Of a stretch of 64,000 nucleotides of DNA, positions 38,311 through 52,685 are shown in pieces. Source of the stretch: Tubiluchus corallicola (taxonomy: Eukaryota; Animalia; Priapulida). The notes under the pieces were generated by a model. That model made no database searches, was not told the origin of the DNA, and saw nothing but the letters and a program-made list of their open reading frames with translations. Location of the stretch: contig JAQGDQ010000409.1 in assembly GCA_030141605.1 (NCBI GenBank), positions 124,616 through 188,615 on the forward strand, given 5' to 3'. Made by a program: the position numbers and the translations under genes. The stretch's first letter is position 1; the number at the start of each line of letters is the position of its first letter.

Positions 38311-40984
38311 TCTGAGTAATGCTCGCGTCATACACGTGCCAGAACGAGATTTTCAACTTTGTGAATAAAACTGAACGTGAAGTCAATCAGCTAATACTCT
38401 ATGCATACGAAAGTTCATTGTTGTATGAAATCCTTAGATTAGGGATAGCGTGACTTCTGTTTAGTGATGATGGCTTTGCCTGAGTCATAATTGGAGGCGG
38501 CATATAGAACACATTGCTCCTTTGTTTTGACGCATGCGTAGATTTCACGTGTAACTAGAGTAGACGCGCAGGCGCATTGGGGATTTTAGATTCTAATCAA
38601 ATGCAGATCGCTAGAATTCTGTAAATTATTTTAACTTTTGTGGACATTGTCGGTTATAATTATGTAACGCAGGCAACCTATTACTGGATCCGCATTTCTG
38701 TTATTATTTTATCATAATAACCAGCACCATTGCGGCTTGCGTTACCCAACTGTCTTGGAGCCATTTGGGCGGTAATTACAACCTTAACACTTTTTGCCCA
38801 AAATTACATAAAATTATGGTTTTTGTCCCGTAATGCCCAACTGTCGTGGGAATTGGCGAGGTAAACCACACGTGGCGTAACGCTCGCTCACAAAGACTAA
38901 ATTCTGACACGCTTAGAAAAGCTCCAAATGTCATTCGGTAAGAAAATAGCTCCATTAGTGTGTTATGGTTTACAGCAACTGAGGAAAGAAAATCAGAAGC
39001 TTAGTTGAATTGAATTGAATTAATTGACTAACAGCATTAAAGCATGTTAATAATACGTCACATAAAATGTTGTAAAAGGTTAGCCCAAATATGACAAATG
39101 TAACATTCAATTGCACATTGCACAAATAACAAGTACTCTACCTCTTAGTTTAGATGTGCTAGTTTGTGACGAACTACACACGTTTGACAGCTCATACGTG
39201 AGCACAGCGGTAAATTTGAAATTTGAATTTTTATCTTAAAACTTGCCTAGTTTTAGTGCAACACACTGAATATCTTACAGTAGCACTGTACTTGAATTCT
39301 CGCTTTCACAAACATGTGCAACACGCTCGTGGACTATTCTTGCTGTTGAAAATTACGTTCGTTTGTGATGTCATCAACAGTTGTGCTCGCCTGCAGTTTT
39401 TAATCTATTACTTAATTATCAGAAACGCTTTTGCAGTATTAATTGTGTTAAAATGTATACTTTTTACCGTACTTGAAAATGCGATTGTATGTGAAAAATT
39501 ATCCTGTCTTTCTTTAATAATACATCACATACAAAGTTGTAAAGAGTTAGTCCCATATCAGTAACGATGAATCTAAATGGTCACAAAGATAAAAACACAG
39601 GCTTACACAAAATCAAGATAGATAAAAATATAAAAGGTATGACAAATATAACACTCAGTTAAAATGAAGAGCTAAATTTATAAGACTTATTTGTAGACTT
39701 ATTTGCTGATATGTAGGATCGAATGATATGAACAGCTAAATTTTTGAACTGATCTTTTGAAAAATGAAAATTGTACAAAATTGTCAAGTAAAAATTCACA
39801 AAAGAAACCTGTTAAATGAAACTCTGCCGCTTTATTGGTGTTTCAATGTTCGTTTTATTTTCTTTGTTCTAATTCTGAATTCAAATCAGAAAAAAACGGA
39901 GGAGGTATGGGATCTTATGGAGCTGTATTCTCACTACCTCGTGGATTACAAGAAGTATCTTTCCGAGTTTTTCATCATGTAATAGATTATTTGGGTAGCT
40001 TGTACCAGAAGTTACGTGGACCACTTCTATGTGGGCGTACAGGTCAAGAGGTCACATGTTTGACCCGTCCAGTCTCCAGTAAATCATGTGACAATTCGAA
40101 GCACATTACTTTCGATTCAGCACTCAAATTCTTGCACCGACAACAAAATGAACGAGTAATCCACACAATACCCGGTAATAACTGCGTCATCTGGTCGTAT
40201 AATATTAGCCACCCGTTTGGTTCTCGCCAGTAAATACGCTATTATATTTGTTGGCTTAATTTTGTGTTGGCACGAAACTGTTCTAATAATAGACCCCGTA
40301 ACAGCTATACTGTTAAGTAAATTTATGTAAAAGATGTGAGATAAATCACGTGGGCCTAACGTGCAGACAGACTGCTGCACAATCGTACATCATACTTCAA
40401 TTTAAATAGTTTCTTCAGTTTTTTTCCATTTTTTTCGAAATTCGTGCTGATCATCACCACTTTTACTCTACTGAGTCGAGTACTAATGCCAAAAAAAAAC
40501 GCCTGCCCACTAATACTTTTGACGTGTTCGTCCAATGACCTGCCGTGGATTTGAACTCGCAACCTTCCTGGCATACTGTTACACCATAAACTTGCTGTTC
40601 ACTCAGATCAAAGCAATTCAACTTTGTTTTGTGTACCGTAACGTACCTCGTTCATTTTGAAAATTCATCGGTTTAATCCTTTTACATTTGTAAGTTCCAA
40701 CGAATTGTCATTTCTGTGTGGGGTGGGGTGGGGTGGTGGGTGTTATGGGAGGTCCAGATCGACGAACTGAAACTCTATCTTTTTTAATGTGCAATGCAAG
40801 TTTTTGCATCACAGATTTACATTATGATTCATATGGTCTGTGGAGTGGAATCGTTGAAGTAATAAAACTGACTTAAATTTAAAACATGAAATGTTACTGT
40901 AACAGTATAATTTATCATTGTAATGATCATCATTAATTAAGTGCTTCCAAGTTCAGTATTATTCTGTTACTGAAGAGGTTTCTT

Positions 40985-41240
40985 ATTTCTCAACGTTTCA
41001 AAATATAAGTCAAAATTTAATCCGAAGTAGAGACGCATGTTTCAATTTCTCAACTTTTCTAAAACATAAGCCAAAATTTAATCAGAAGTAGAGACGCACT
41101 TTCATGTTTCAATTTCTCAACTTTTCTAAAACGTAAAACAAAATTTAATCAAAAGTAGAGACGCACTTTCATGTTTCAATTTCTCAGCTTTTCTAAGACA
41201 TAAAACAAAATTTAATCAAAAGTAGAAACGGCACTTTTAT
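40985..41240. repeat. Minisatellite, about 4 x 60-67 bp
   Basis: ATTTCTCAAC...AAAATTTAATC..AAGTAGAGACGCA recurs four times. Confidence 0.85.
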
Positions 41241-44200
41241 GATTCATTTTTTAAGTTTCTTTAAACTTCATTCATCGCTGATCATTTACCTGCATTAAGT
41301 GTGTCAAAAACAAAAACAATTTCTAGATTTATCCATTTTTGTTAACTTTCTTTTTTACTATTCTACCATTCATTTTTTTGTTTATTTATTTTGCTTATAA
41401 TTATGCTGTATCCTCTTAGTACTGTATTAATTGGTAAAATACACGGTTTCCCTTTTTTCGCCTGACCTTTCCTCCCCTTTTTTCTTTCCTTTTTTACACG
41501 CGCACTCCCTCACGTCGCGACTGTTGGTAGAAATTTTGCGAAAAAATGAACGATGGGCCAAACAATCCTTGACCATTTAGACTATATGCGTGCTGGGTGG
41601 TCATGCACTTATACAGGGCGGCCGAAAAAAATTGTAGCAGAAAGAAAAACTGTGTCGAGTAATGTTTTCATAGTATTTTGCGTAAGCTTTTTATGAAACT
41701 TTAATGATGTTGTTTCGACAGTTTGTAAGTGAGTCAAAGCCACATATTTTCAGCCTTATCGAAACTATTCTATTTGTTGCCAGCGCCCCTGTTAAGATGC
41801 AAGATTCGTTTGCAAATCGCCCCAGAATAGAATCATCTCAGCATGCTGATTATACGTATCTAACCGTTACTGATTGGTGCTTAATTATGAAAAGTGCGTC
41901 GACGCAAGCGTCTATGCTAGCAAACCGACAATTCTATGCTTAAAAGTAGGTTAAAAACAGAGATGTGAGTAAGATCAAATAATAAACAAATAAATAAATA
42001 ATCTATGATCATTGCGCATTAGAACTCATAGAGAATCCTATTTTACAAACTTTTTCTAAAACATGCTCAATATACTGTGGCAGAGCAAATAAATTACTCA
42101 TGAAATTTACTCACTGTTCAGTTAACGTGAAGAGACAATTGTTTAATGCTTACTGCACTACGTTTTATTGTATGTTCACTTGGAGACATTTTTATTCTTA
42201 CAATCTTAGCAAACTCAAGGTTGCGTATAACGTATCAACACTGAAGCTGTTTAACTTTTCATATGATACGAGCGCCAGATATATTTCTGCTGGACTTAAA
42301 TCTTATTTATTTTGATGTGATTCACAGAAAATGTGCATACAGTTTATACGTCAGGCTAAATAAGAGTGAAAATTTCATATGCAAGAGCATTTTAAACAGT
42401 GATGTAAACTTTTCTTCTGTAATTAGACGTCATTGGCGTAATTTGTTAAATCGTTAATTGTTATTTGTGTTATTAATGCGAGTCACAATTTGTTGTATTA
42501 TTTGTATTAATTTGTGATGTTCATATGGACTTTGTAAGGTTTGAAATAAAATATAAAATCAAATCAAATCTTAAACTATGATCAGATCACATTTTAAAGA
42601 AAAGTACGCTTTCCTCCATAATATTGAGGGCTGGTGTCAGTAGCCAGTAGTAAAGCACTAAAATCCTAAAACATTCTTACATTCAGCAAGGCACATTTTA
42701 TTCAGAACTACAAGAAAGTGCCAATTAACTTCCAGTTTAAATTCAATTTCTGCGTACGTGTTTATTGGTTATAGTCAAGTTTGTGCTGAGCTTTATTACC
42801 TGACACGTGGATTCGTCTAGCGTCAAAGTACAAGAAAACATTCTTCGTAAATAAGACTTAAAAATTTGTCTTGAAATTTTATATAACTTTTGTCCTGTCT
42901 TATTGCATACAGAGCTTACGTTAGCAGTAACGCTGTACAAAACTTGTAAATTTAAACTCCGACGATGATCCTTAGGCGCAGCCATTTTAACGATAAATCG
43001 TTTGAGACAAGTTTAGATAACGTTGCGTTAAGTTTGAAAAATAATCAGAGCATTCGCAGCATACTCTTCACTAACTAAGCAAAGGGTTAGATTATTTCAT
43101 ATTGTCAGTAAGATTCGCCTTGAAATTCGTTACAGATTCGCCTGTAGATTATAATATGTTTTTGACGAATCAGTGATGCACATTGGGAAGGTAAGTGACG
43201 TTTTTGCAGGTGACACGAACATTTTAAATTACTAAGAATTTTCTTTTCTAGTCACATAATGGTTTTCAGCAGACAAGCGTAAGGCAAACTAATGTAACTT
43301 TGCATAGGAAGTTTTTTGGAACATTCTTTAAATTTCCTTTTCTTCCCGTTTAACTTTTGTTTGTGATCCCCATAACGTTCAACTGATGTCATTCTCTCCA
43401 GACGTATCATGTTTGCATCGTTGGGGGCACAACCTCGTTACTGACTTACCTACCTCTTCTTGGAGCCGTCCTCTATTTCAAGTTGCAATTCTAAATTTTA
43501 CACCTGTCTGAACGGGCATTTATAAGAAATGGACAAAAGCCACCCGGCTGGCGTGACCACGTTGCGTTAGGGCGAGATTTCGTTTACTGAAATTACATGA
43601 AAGTGAAAAATCCAGTCATTGTACACAGGAACAAAACACATGTGTGGTCATAATGACCCCCATTCAACCAGACCCTCTCAGGTCACACAATTGAACAAGG
43701 CTGCCCAGGACAGTATTATATTAGCCGTGGGCAGATCTACACCAGGTAGTGGTCAGCGTGATTTCAGCTGACCTTTGCAAAGCTGTTCTAGAGGCTAAAA
43801 TGACTACTTTCATTAGAATTAACCTGCGATTACTTTTATAAAAAATTCTTTGTACGAATTTTTAATTTCAAAAAACAAATTTACTTTCTGAACTTGTTGT
43901 TGTTGGACTTGCCTCAGCATCAGTTGGTTATTATATCGCCTGGAAACCAATGTTTGTTATTATCCCTCCTTGTCGGGCGGCTTGCATACATGATTATCCT
44001 CATCCAAATGCAGAAAAATCATTGCACTTTAAAATGTTTAAGCTTAGTTTAATTGACCCTGGGACCATTGGTCAACAGTCGCTGGTATTGTGTACATAAC
44101 CTGCTATTGTATTAATATTATACACTATTATGGGTGCAAATGTAAGCTTATGGTCTTTACCTTTCAGACGCTTGGGGAAGGAAAACGATGAAAAGAGGCG

Positions 44201-44337
44201 GCTTTATCCGCATGTAACTTAATCTGCAATCCACGAATTGCAAATAGAAGTGGTCCGCCCTGGTTTCTCGTACTGATTTTGATTATTGTAATTTATGTTT
44301 ATGAACTTAAAACGAAATTAATAAGATTAACAAATCT

Positions 44338-44425
44338 GTCATTATCATCGTCCTTAATGTCCTCATCACCATCAACGTCATTGTTGTTATTATCATTATC
44401 TTCATTATCATCATAATCGATGTCG

Positions 44426-44473
<48 letters not shown>

Positions 44474-44648
44474 CTATCTTTGTCATCCTCATAGTCATCA
44501 TCATCGTCATCATCATTGTTAATGTCGTCATCATCATCAACGTTACTGTTGCCATTATCATTATCTTCATTATAATCATCATCGTCGTTATCATCATCAT
44601 TATCGTCATCATCGTCGTCGTCGTCGTCATCATCACCATCGTCATCGA
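44338..44648. repeat. Degenerate (CAT/CGT)n trinucleotide tract
   Basis: Direct inspection. Confidence 0.9.
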
Positions 44649-46332
44649 CAGTAGGAACAAGTTAGGAATACTAAAGAAGGCAGCAAAAGCAACATTATTA
44701 GGCAGTCATAATTTATTACACGCAATTTTATGAAATTAATATCAGAAGAAAATCAATAAAGTATTTTTGAGATTGTTTTGTTAGTTTCAATGTATTTTTC
44801 GTTGTTGTTGTTGTTATTTATTTTATCCTTTAAACGCATTGAAAGACGTCATTTCTGTTTAAGTTTGTAATCAATTAATTCAACATCAGCATTGTGATCC
44901 AGGTTTTCAGACCCAAAAGGTCAAAGGTTAAGTCTACCAGACAACGCATTTGTGTACACTTGACAATGCCTCGCAGCCCACGCTACTGTAATAGTAACAG
45001 TTTTAACAGCTAGAGCCTTACCTAGTTCATCTTTTCTTGTTCTCAAGCAAGATCCTGCTAGTAAATCACTCTAAGCATAGACTAATGCATAATTAAGTAA
45101 AACAACTGAAGTTACCGAACTGATGCCGCAGACGGCTTTGCTTTGCGAAACTGTGAAAAACTTAGTGGCGCAAAATGACCTTTGGTAACTCAAAGAATAA
45201 TTTACAGCTCAAAATAATAAAGGGTTTGAAATGATGGGCTTCAAACAAGGACCCTTCAAATAAGGGGCGACAAACAGGGCGCCCTTTCTTAAACTGAATT
45301 TTCATGCTCCCAGGCCAACTTTTTTAGTTCAAATTTTATTTTAAGTTAAATGAATTACTGAATTATTCAGCAATGCAAAATGTTAAAATACTATACCCAT
45401 TTTTCCAATACACATATATTAATTTTGACAATCTTTTAGCAGGGCCCCTCGAGTGGGGCACCCTACGCTTGAGAGCCCTATACTACCCTGTAGGGTAGTC
45501 CGGTCATGGTTTCTGGTTACAATATGTCCAGTTGAGAAAGGTGTCACTGTGAATGAAATTAAATGAAACTTGTGTGATGATGAGAATTTCTATCTAATCT
45601 AACATTGACAGAACCTCCGGATGCTGCAAACGTTGCTATTCATCTGTTTCCTTTTATGGGCAGAGGATGAGCGTGTTTCCAGGGCAACTTGAAAGATCAT
45701 CAAAGGCGTTAATAAGAATTGTCTCACAAAGAGACGAGAAAAAACAAACCTGCCCTACTCGGCCTCGCGAAATAACACAAGGACTTTGTCCATTCAAATC
45801 GCTTTTCAATCTAATTCGGCACTGGTCAGTGAGTGGTCACTTTGATGGTCAAGCAAACATAACAATCGCCAAAGGACACGCATACCTTGCTAACAAACAC
45901 AAGGCTTGGCAAGCACTCTTCGATAAATTCCAGTTCGGCCTGTGTCCACCGGTGCGATACTGACCACTGGCTAGTGTACACAAGTTCGAAGGACGTGGCC
46001 GAAATGAAAAGACAAATTGCGCCATTCGAGCGCATATGAGATGGGTGTGTAATCCATTGACCAGCTCAAGGACGAGCTGGATTAACAGCAAGACGGAACT
46101 GACCATCACTAGTGGACCTAAGCTTTTAATTGTTTCTTCTGTTCGAGTTGCCTTTTATAACATTGTTTGTATAAAACTATTTTATTTGTTAGAAATAAAA
46201 GAACTAAATACATTCCAGTCCTTGAATCTTTAGTCAAATCGCAAGAATTACAGAAAAATGTACATAATGAAACACAAACAAAATATGTCATCTGACAAGT
46301 ATCAGATAAAACGGATTTTTTATAACTTATGA

Positions 46333-46370
<38 letters not shown>

Positions 46371-48277
46371 ATTCATAAGTCATATAAGATATATATAACA
46401 TATATATAAATAACATAATATATAGTCTGAAAGACTGTTGCTATATAACTTAAAAAGTACAGAACTAAGGTCGAATTCATGATAAATTGATTCGATACAA
46501 TTATAAGATGTTTTCAATATTATAAAATGAGGATGATAGATTATAAGAAAATTGAAATGAGAATCAGACCTAAAAACATTTACGGGATTAAAACGGTTGT
46601 ATCTGCCCCATGTAGGTTCGTTTTTAGATTTAAAAATAATTAATATCTAATTTATTATTAATTTATGATAATGTCTAAATAACGATATCTAATTTTGCTG
46701 TTTTCTCTTTGACATCTTTAAACTTCGTGTGGCTCGGGTGTCTTGCTATTTGTTTATGGAATCTTTTTAAACCTTTTTATTTGTTGTTTGAAATGAAGTC
46801 ACGACTCCTATGTACTAAAAATTTTGATTTGAAAATCACCTTCAGTTTTCATAATTAACGTATTTCTCAAACGCCGCTTCATATTACTGAATAATAATAA
46901 CGTTTCTGTGTCGTGGATTCAACAGAGGTTGTGCAAAAAAAAAACAGGATTTCGTTCTTTGCCCCCTCTTTTATGAAGCTAGGCTATTACCGAGTGTTAG
47001 CATGCCTAGTTGAATAACATGATGGTCCCATGTAAAATATGTAATGTGTTTAGAAAATAACACTCATTAGTTACAAATAACAAGCGCTGGTCAGTAATAA
47101 ACCGTGTAATTAGACAATGGGCAGCATTGTGGGCGATGAAGAGTAACTCAAAACAGCGCATTTGTCTATTTCCACCCCCCGCCAGGGTGCAGCCTCGATC
47201 ACCCCCCGCTAGGGTGCAGCCTCGATCACTACCTGCCAAAGACAATCGGAGGGGTAGTGAAATTACGACGAAATTGGGGCCGGGTTTATTCTTATGCACG
47301 GGCGAATGCAATTTTTAACAAAAACGGATAATGTTACATCCGGATTAGTACTGAAATGGACGGATTGTCAGTTGGTCACGCAGACTGGACGCTTACACAC
47401 ATGTGTAGCTACATTATTCCTGAGTTGTTTACCTCGCTAAGGCGTGCCTAACAACCAAGAACTCTTTCAGTTGGCAACCTTTTTTCCAGATCGGCTAATT
47501 CAAACATCTTCTTCAAGACATTGGGACCTGGAGGAGATCAAGCGGTTGCAAACTCATTGTCGGGATCACTATCTGGGCTTCACGGATTTGTCAGCGCCTG
47601 TCTGGAAGAGGAGGCAGGGAGCCCCGTCTTTCTAGAATGCCTCTCAACATTCATACAAAGTTATTTACCTCCGACGCAACTCTCTTAAGCTTTAAATTTG
47701 CACAGGCAGAAAATTACACTTCACTCATTACATTAGTAAAGTGTAAAACCGGTTCTTGCATTATGAGGAGGCAGACGTAGGTATTAGGGCCTCAGATGTC
47801 CAGCTTTAATGTACCCCCAAAAACTAAGATCATATGAGAAATTACGAATTTTGCGAATTTACCGTAATTCTGTAGCAAGAAGGCAACCTAAACAATGCGA
47901 ATGCGTAGCGTAGCATGTTTACTTGCGAAACAGATTACACCGTTTTGTATAATAAGCGTAATAAACCGTATTACGATGTCCACAGACAGCTGGTGGTCAA
48001 CGTAAGTGGTTGTCCTTGTAGACTGGACTTTACTTGCACACATATATATGAGTTAACAGCAATCGTTAATAAAGCACAGCACATTTATAATGCGCAATTT
48101 TAACAATGGCTGTGACGGTGGCGGCTTTGCAAAGACATCGTTGGGAGGCAAGCAGATGGAGGAGGTGACTCAATAGCCCAGGTGATGCAGTTTGCTCACC
48201 TGGACACACAGGACAACCAAAAGCGAATTATTATAATTATTTAGTGATGCAATGTTCATGGAGAATAGTTTTAGAAG

Positions 48278-48370
<93 letters not shown>
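48278..48370. repeat. (ATT)n microsatellite, probably the tail of an adjacent retroelement
   Basis: Abuts 48370-48530, which matches 17505-17670, itself preceded by (TTA)n. Confidence 0.9.
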
Positions 48371-50089
48371 TTGTAATTTATTTTATTTCAGACATTTACA
48401 GTCTTTAGAACAATAAAAATAAGGCACAAGTAAAAACACAGACTTGGTTTACAGAAACATAGTAAGCTTATATGCAAGAAATGGTTTGTTAGAATTGGTA
48501 AATAAAATTTTTTGCCACTAAAAATGTTCGATCTAAAAATTGTGCAGCATTTTGTGCAGCTTGGACAACATTTTGCAGCATATCATACAGTACAAAATGT
48601 AAGTGTAAACATTAGTACTAAATCTTGCGTATCTATGACAATAATAATTAACGAAAGTACAAAATAATAAAAAAACAGGAGTTTTGGCAGAGATTTGTGT
48701 GAAGGCGAGTTTTAAAAGTGGTAAGTTAGGGGCATTTACGACTTCAAATGGCAAAAAGTTCCATACATTTTATACTCGATATGCAAAACGGTACAAACGC
48801 GCATTGAGTCGAACTTTTGGCTTTGTAAGCTTTAAATTATGTCCACGAAGCATGTACGAAAGCAAGATTTTATGCTGTACATATTATTGAAAATGTACAA
48901 AGATATTTTACAAGGCGATTATACTATAGACGTAACACGGAACTTATGTATGAAACCATCCAGAAAGACTCAAAAGCCTTCCCTTGCGATCGTTAGAGGA
49001 GAGATGATTACTAAACGATTTGGTCGTTTGTTACAAAATAATACATAAGGATGTTGATTTAGATCCCGAAAATTTTTTGCTAGACTATTCACTTCACTGG
49101 TAGGACGAAAAGTAACCATAATTTTAGTCTGTATCTTCGTAGAACGAATAAAAAAGGTTTTGGGTTTTTCGTCTCCAATCGTGCTGTTTAAGTTTGGAAC
49201 TCTTTACCTAGTTCTGTTAATGTTGCACCTTTGACCACTGCCAGATAATTCCAAACTTTTCAAAAATAGATTGAAGTTTTTGAATTTCGATAAATGGCTT
49301 GTGTATGACAGGCGTATTTAAGCAGCTTGTCTCTTTACGTCTCCCCCCCCCCCCCCGTGTTTTTATTGTTTTATAGTTTATTTTTGAACGTATGCTTTTA
49401 ATGAATGTGAAATAAAATAAAATGAAATAAATCAAATCAAAATCTAGTAAAGGCTTTTAAGCACAACTCGGAGTATTTGCCGATTATTTACTCATGTGAG
49501 AGTAAAGCAATTGGTTAGCAATCATTTTCCATTATTTCAAATCTAGAGGCACAATAAACTTCAAATTGCTGGCTTCTTGCGTGGGCGTTTCATAATGCAG
49601 TTTCTCCTATAGTTTTTAGCAGGAACTTTGAAATGATTAAATCATTTTGGGAAATCTCCCTTTTTATCACATCCATAGTATCTACACAAAACAGTCTTAT
49701 TAGAAAAACCTTTGAAGTTGAACTTTGAAGTTTTATTATTAGCGCATTCAATACAATATAGTTACATTTAATACGTTTTCATCAAAATTGTTACTTCATA
49801 CTGAATTAAATTATTATATTTCATACACTATCGTTATCACAAAAGAATAATTGTACTGTAGAGAAGCAAAGGCTTGTATAAGCCCACTGCCATTTGAACC
49901 CGATAAAAATAAGGAATTGAGATGTGAAAAAAAGGACAGGGAGAAAGGTTAGATCACACAGGACAGGAAGAATGATGTGTTGGTGGAAATAGTAGGAAGA
50001 AAGACAATAAATTGTGCGATGTTTACATCAGCTCTAAAGATTTTTCAATGATGTCTTGTTTTGTATAATCTGTACAAGGATTGTGGTAT

Positions 50090-50420
50090 GGCTGCTGCAG
50101 TAGGTGTAAGATATTAAGAAGTGTTGTATTTATTGAGAATCATTGTTTTAATATATTTCTTTTTAAATTTTTGAATTGACTGAATAGTTTTTGATTCATC
50201 GCTTATACCATTCCAAAGCCTTGAACCAAAATCTGCAATGAATTGCCGTGTCACGTCTGTTCTAGAGAAATTAATGACAAACTCATTCATTCTGGTTGCA
50301 TAACGCCGATTATTAGGTTGGATTATTGAAGAAGTATTGGAAAGAAATGATATTTAGTTTTATACATGTACATAACTAAGGGGAAGTTTAAATTTAACTG
50401 GTCATTATACCTCGAATGAT
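50090..50420 (-). mobile_element. L2/Crack-like LINE 3' remnant
   Basis: Minus strand encodes FSRTDVTRQFIADFGSRLWNGISDESKTIQSIQKFK (G..LWN.L/I motif); a similar remnant lies near 4505-4740. Confidence 0.55.
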
Positions 50421-50581
50421 ATTATAACGCACATACACACCTGTGCCACAAATTTTTGAAAATTCCACTAATATTATTGCTTCATTCATCCACAGTTTAA
50501 CGGGAAATCCAACCATTAAACGCACCTCCGCCGGCATTCTTCAGAAATAAGTAGTATAAGTTTCGCAAAAACGGTTAAATG

Positions 50582-50986
50582 CAGGCCCTATTTCAAGGAG
50601 GGGGGGGGAAGCGGGGATACTTCCCCGGGGCCTCACCCTCCAGGGGGGCCTCGCGCTGAGGTAACTTTTTTTTGCTTTATGCGAACATACTGCCTCTTCT
50701 CTCCCTCTCACTCTCTCTCTTTTGCCGCACGAGCGCCGTTTGCCAGTATTGACAAGTATTACGGACTGGTCTTGAGAAAAAGCAGTTTTTCTTTCAATTG
50801 TTCTTTCCTTTAACAACTGTATAACTCCATATTTTCTCTTCGAAAATGCTTCTCCGGCGTTCTAGCAGTCCAAAAATTTTCTGGCCGCCAACCATGGTGG
50901 CGCCCACTCCCCGTCGATTTGCCCCCCTGCCAGGGGGCCTCACACACCCCACTTCCCCGGCCTCGCTTAGGCTGAAATAGGCCCTG
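50582..50986. mobile_element. hAT-like MITE with perfect 8-bp TSD
   Basis: gttaaatg|CAGGCCCTATTTCA...TGAAATAGGCCCTG|gttaaatg; GC-rich subterminal regions. Confidence 0.85.
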
Positions 50987-52195
50987 GTTAAATGTAACAA
51001 TTTTTGGACGTTTTACATCTTTACTTGCCGTAAAATAATGATAGCATACATTATACAATGTAATACATCATTCAGTTTTGCCTGTAATGAATCAGCTACA
51101 CTGCTAATAAGCAAATGCCTCTGGTGGGGAAAAAAAACTAAAACTGAGTTCACTAGGAGTAGAAAAAAACACCAGAAATAAAATAAAAAATGACATAAGC
51201 TACAGTAAAATCACATTATCTAAAAGTAAAGCATACTTTTACAAATACAGTCATTCATGCTACTCATACTAATACTAATACATACATAAGAAAACTAATA
51301 CTTTGAAGTTTACAAGTAAAATAATTGTTATATTAACACATTCAGTAAATATGACATAAAACTGTAAACATTGATCTTTCATTGCAATAATTTTTATATT
51401 TCATTATTTAAATTACCACGTTGTGGCAGAGCACAAAAATGCAATCTAAAATATAAAGACCAAGTTTTTACTATATCTGTTTATTGGCGGTAAGTACAAA
51501 GGCTTGGTTGCCTCGCCATGTTTTTATTTCACTGACCACTAGTGGCCAGTTGCTAAATTCTCAAGGCGTTTTTTGGGGTTACTATCCTGTGAGCTAAAAT
51601 TGTGAAACATTTACGCATTCTTAACTTGAGAACACGTCTAACTTTAAATTGGCCACCCATCCCTTAGGGCAGTATTGAATTCGCATGGTCGGCGTGGTGG
51701 TCACTCAGTGGTCAGTCGTACATTAGTTAACATACGCAGATGTTACGTTTATGTTATTGAAACGAAAGGAAACGTGACAAGACCGCCTGAAGCGAGGTTG
51801 ACCTACATTCGATGACCAAAATTCGGACAGCTTGACCACTCTCTCTCTATGCAGTCAGCACAGTGTGGTCAGTTAAAATAGCGCTGACACAATTTCAGAA
51901 ATTCTTTATATCTTGCCGAGCAATTACTCATTGTGAAGGTAAAAAGAAACTGAATGGTGGCTGCCATATTAAAATTCAACTAGTCTGCTTTGTTTCACTA
52001 AACAACAAAGAATTCAATAGACTTAGCATAATGTGTACATGGTCACTCACTGGTCAGTAAATGCCCGTGGTCATAATGCTGTGTGAGTGGGCGTAATTTT
52101 ACAGTTTTAGTCACAGCTACGGTTGCTTTCGTAATGTTTCTCTTCTTTGCTGGCTGATTAGGGTACGTTTAAAGTATGTACGCCTAACAAAGCAG

Positions 52196-52685
52196 TAGTA
52201 TAGTATAGTATGGTATGGTATGGTATGGTATGGTATGGTATGGTATGGTATGGTATGGTATGGTATAGTATAGTATAGTATAGTATAGTATAGTATAGTA
52301 TAGTATAGTATAGTATAGTATAGTATAGTATAGTATAGTATAGTATAGTATAGTATGGTATGGTATAGTATAGTATAGCATAGTATAGTGTAGTATAGTA
52401 AAATCTAACAGTATAGTATAGTACAGTACAGTACAGTACGGTACGGTACATTATATTATATTACATTACATTGCAGTACAGTACAGTACAGTACAGTACA
52501 GTACAGTACAGTACAGTACAGTACAGTACAGTACAGTACAGTACAGTACAGTACAGTACAGTACAGTACAGTACAGTACAGTACAGTACAGTGCAGTACA
52601 GTACCGTACAGTACAGTACAGTGCAGTACAGTACAGTACAGTACAGTACAGTGCAGTACAGTACAGTACAGTGCAGTACAGTATA
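52196..52685. repeat. Compound pentanucleotide satellite (TAGTA/TGGTA/CAGTA)n
   Basis: Direct inspection. Confidence 0.95.

Noticed and set aside
22135-38386. Long ORFs of SL/RE/TH/CV repeats (22135-22798, 32351-32932, 37643-38386)
   Set aside because: Translations of (CT)n, (GA)n and (GT)n microsatellites, with no splice or homology support
5045-39564. Mutually similar ORFs at 5045, 19265 and 39223 (NFYLKT.LVLVQHT...)
   Set aside because: Chance frames within copies of non-coding MITE family B; frames are not preserved between copies
44307-44660. Poly-Met ORF
   Set aside because: Antisense reading of a (CAT)n tract
45667-46233. Cluster of overlapping 65-98 aa ORFs
   Set aside because: No recognisable domain or consistent exon structure; better explained as GC-richer regulatory DNA
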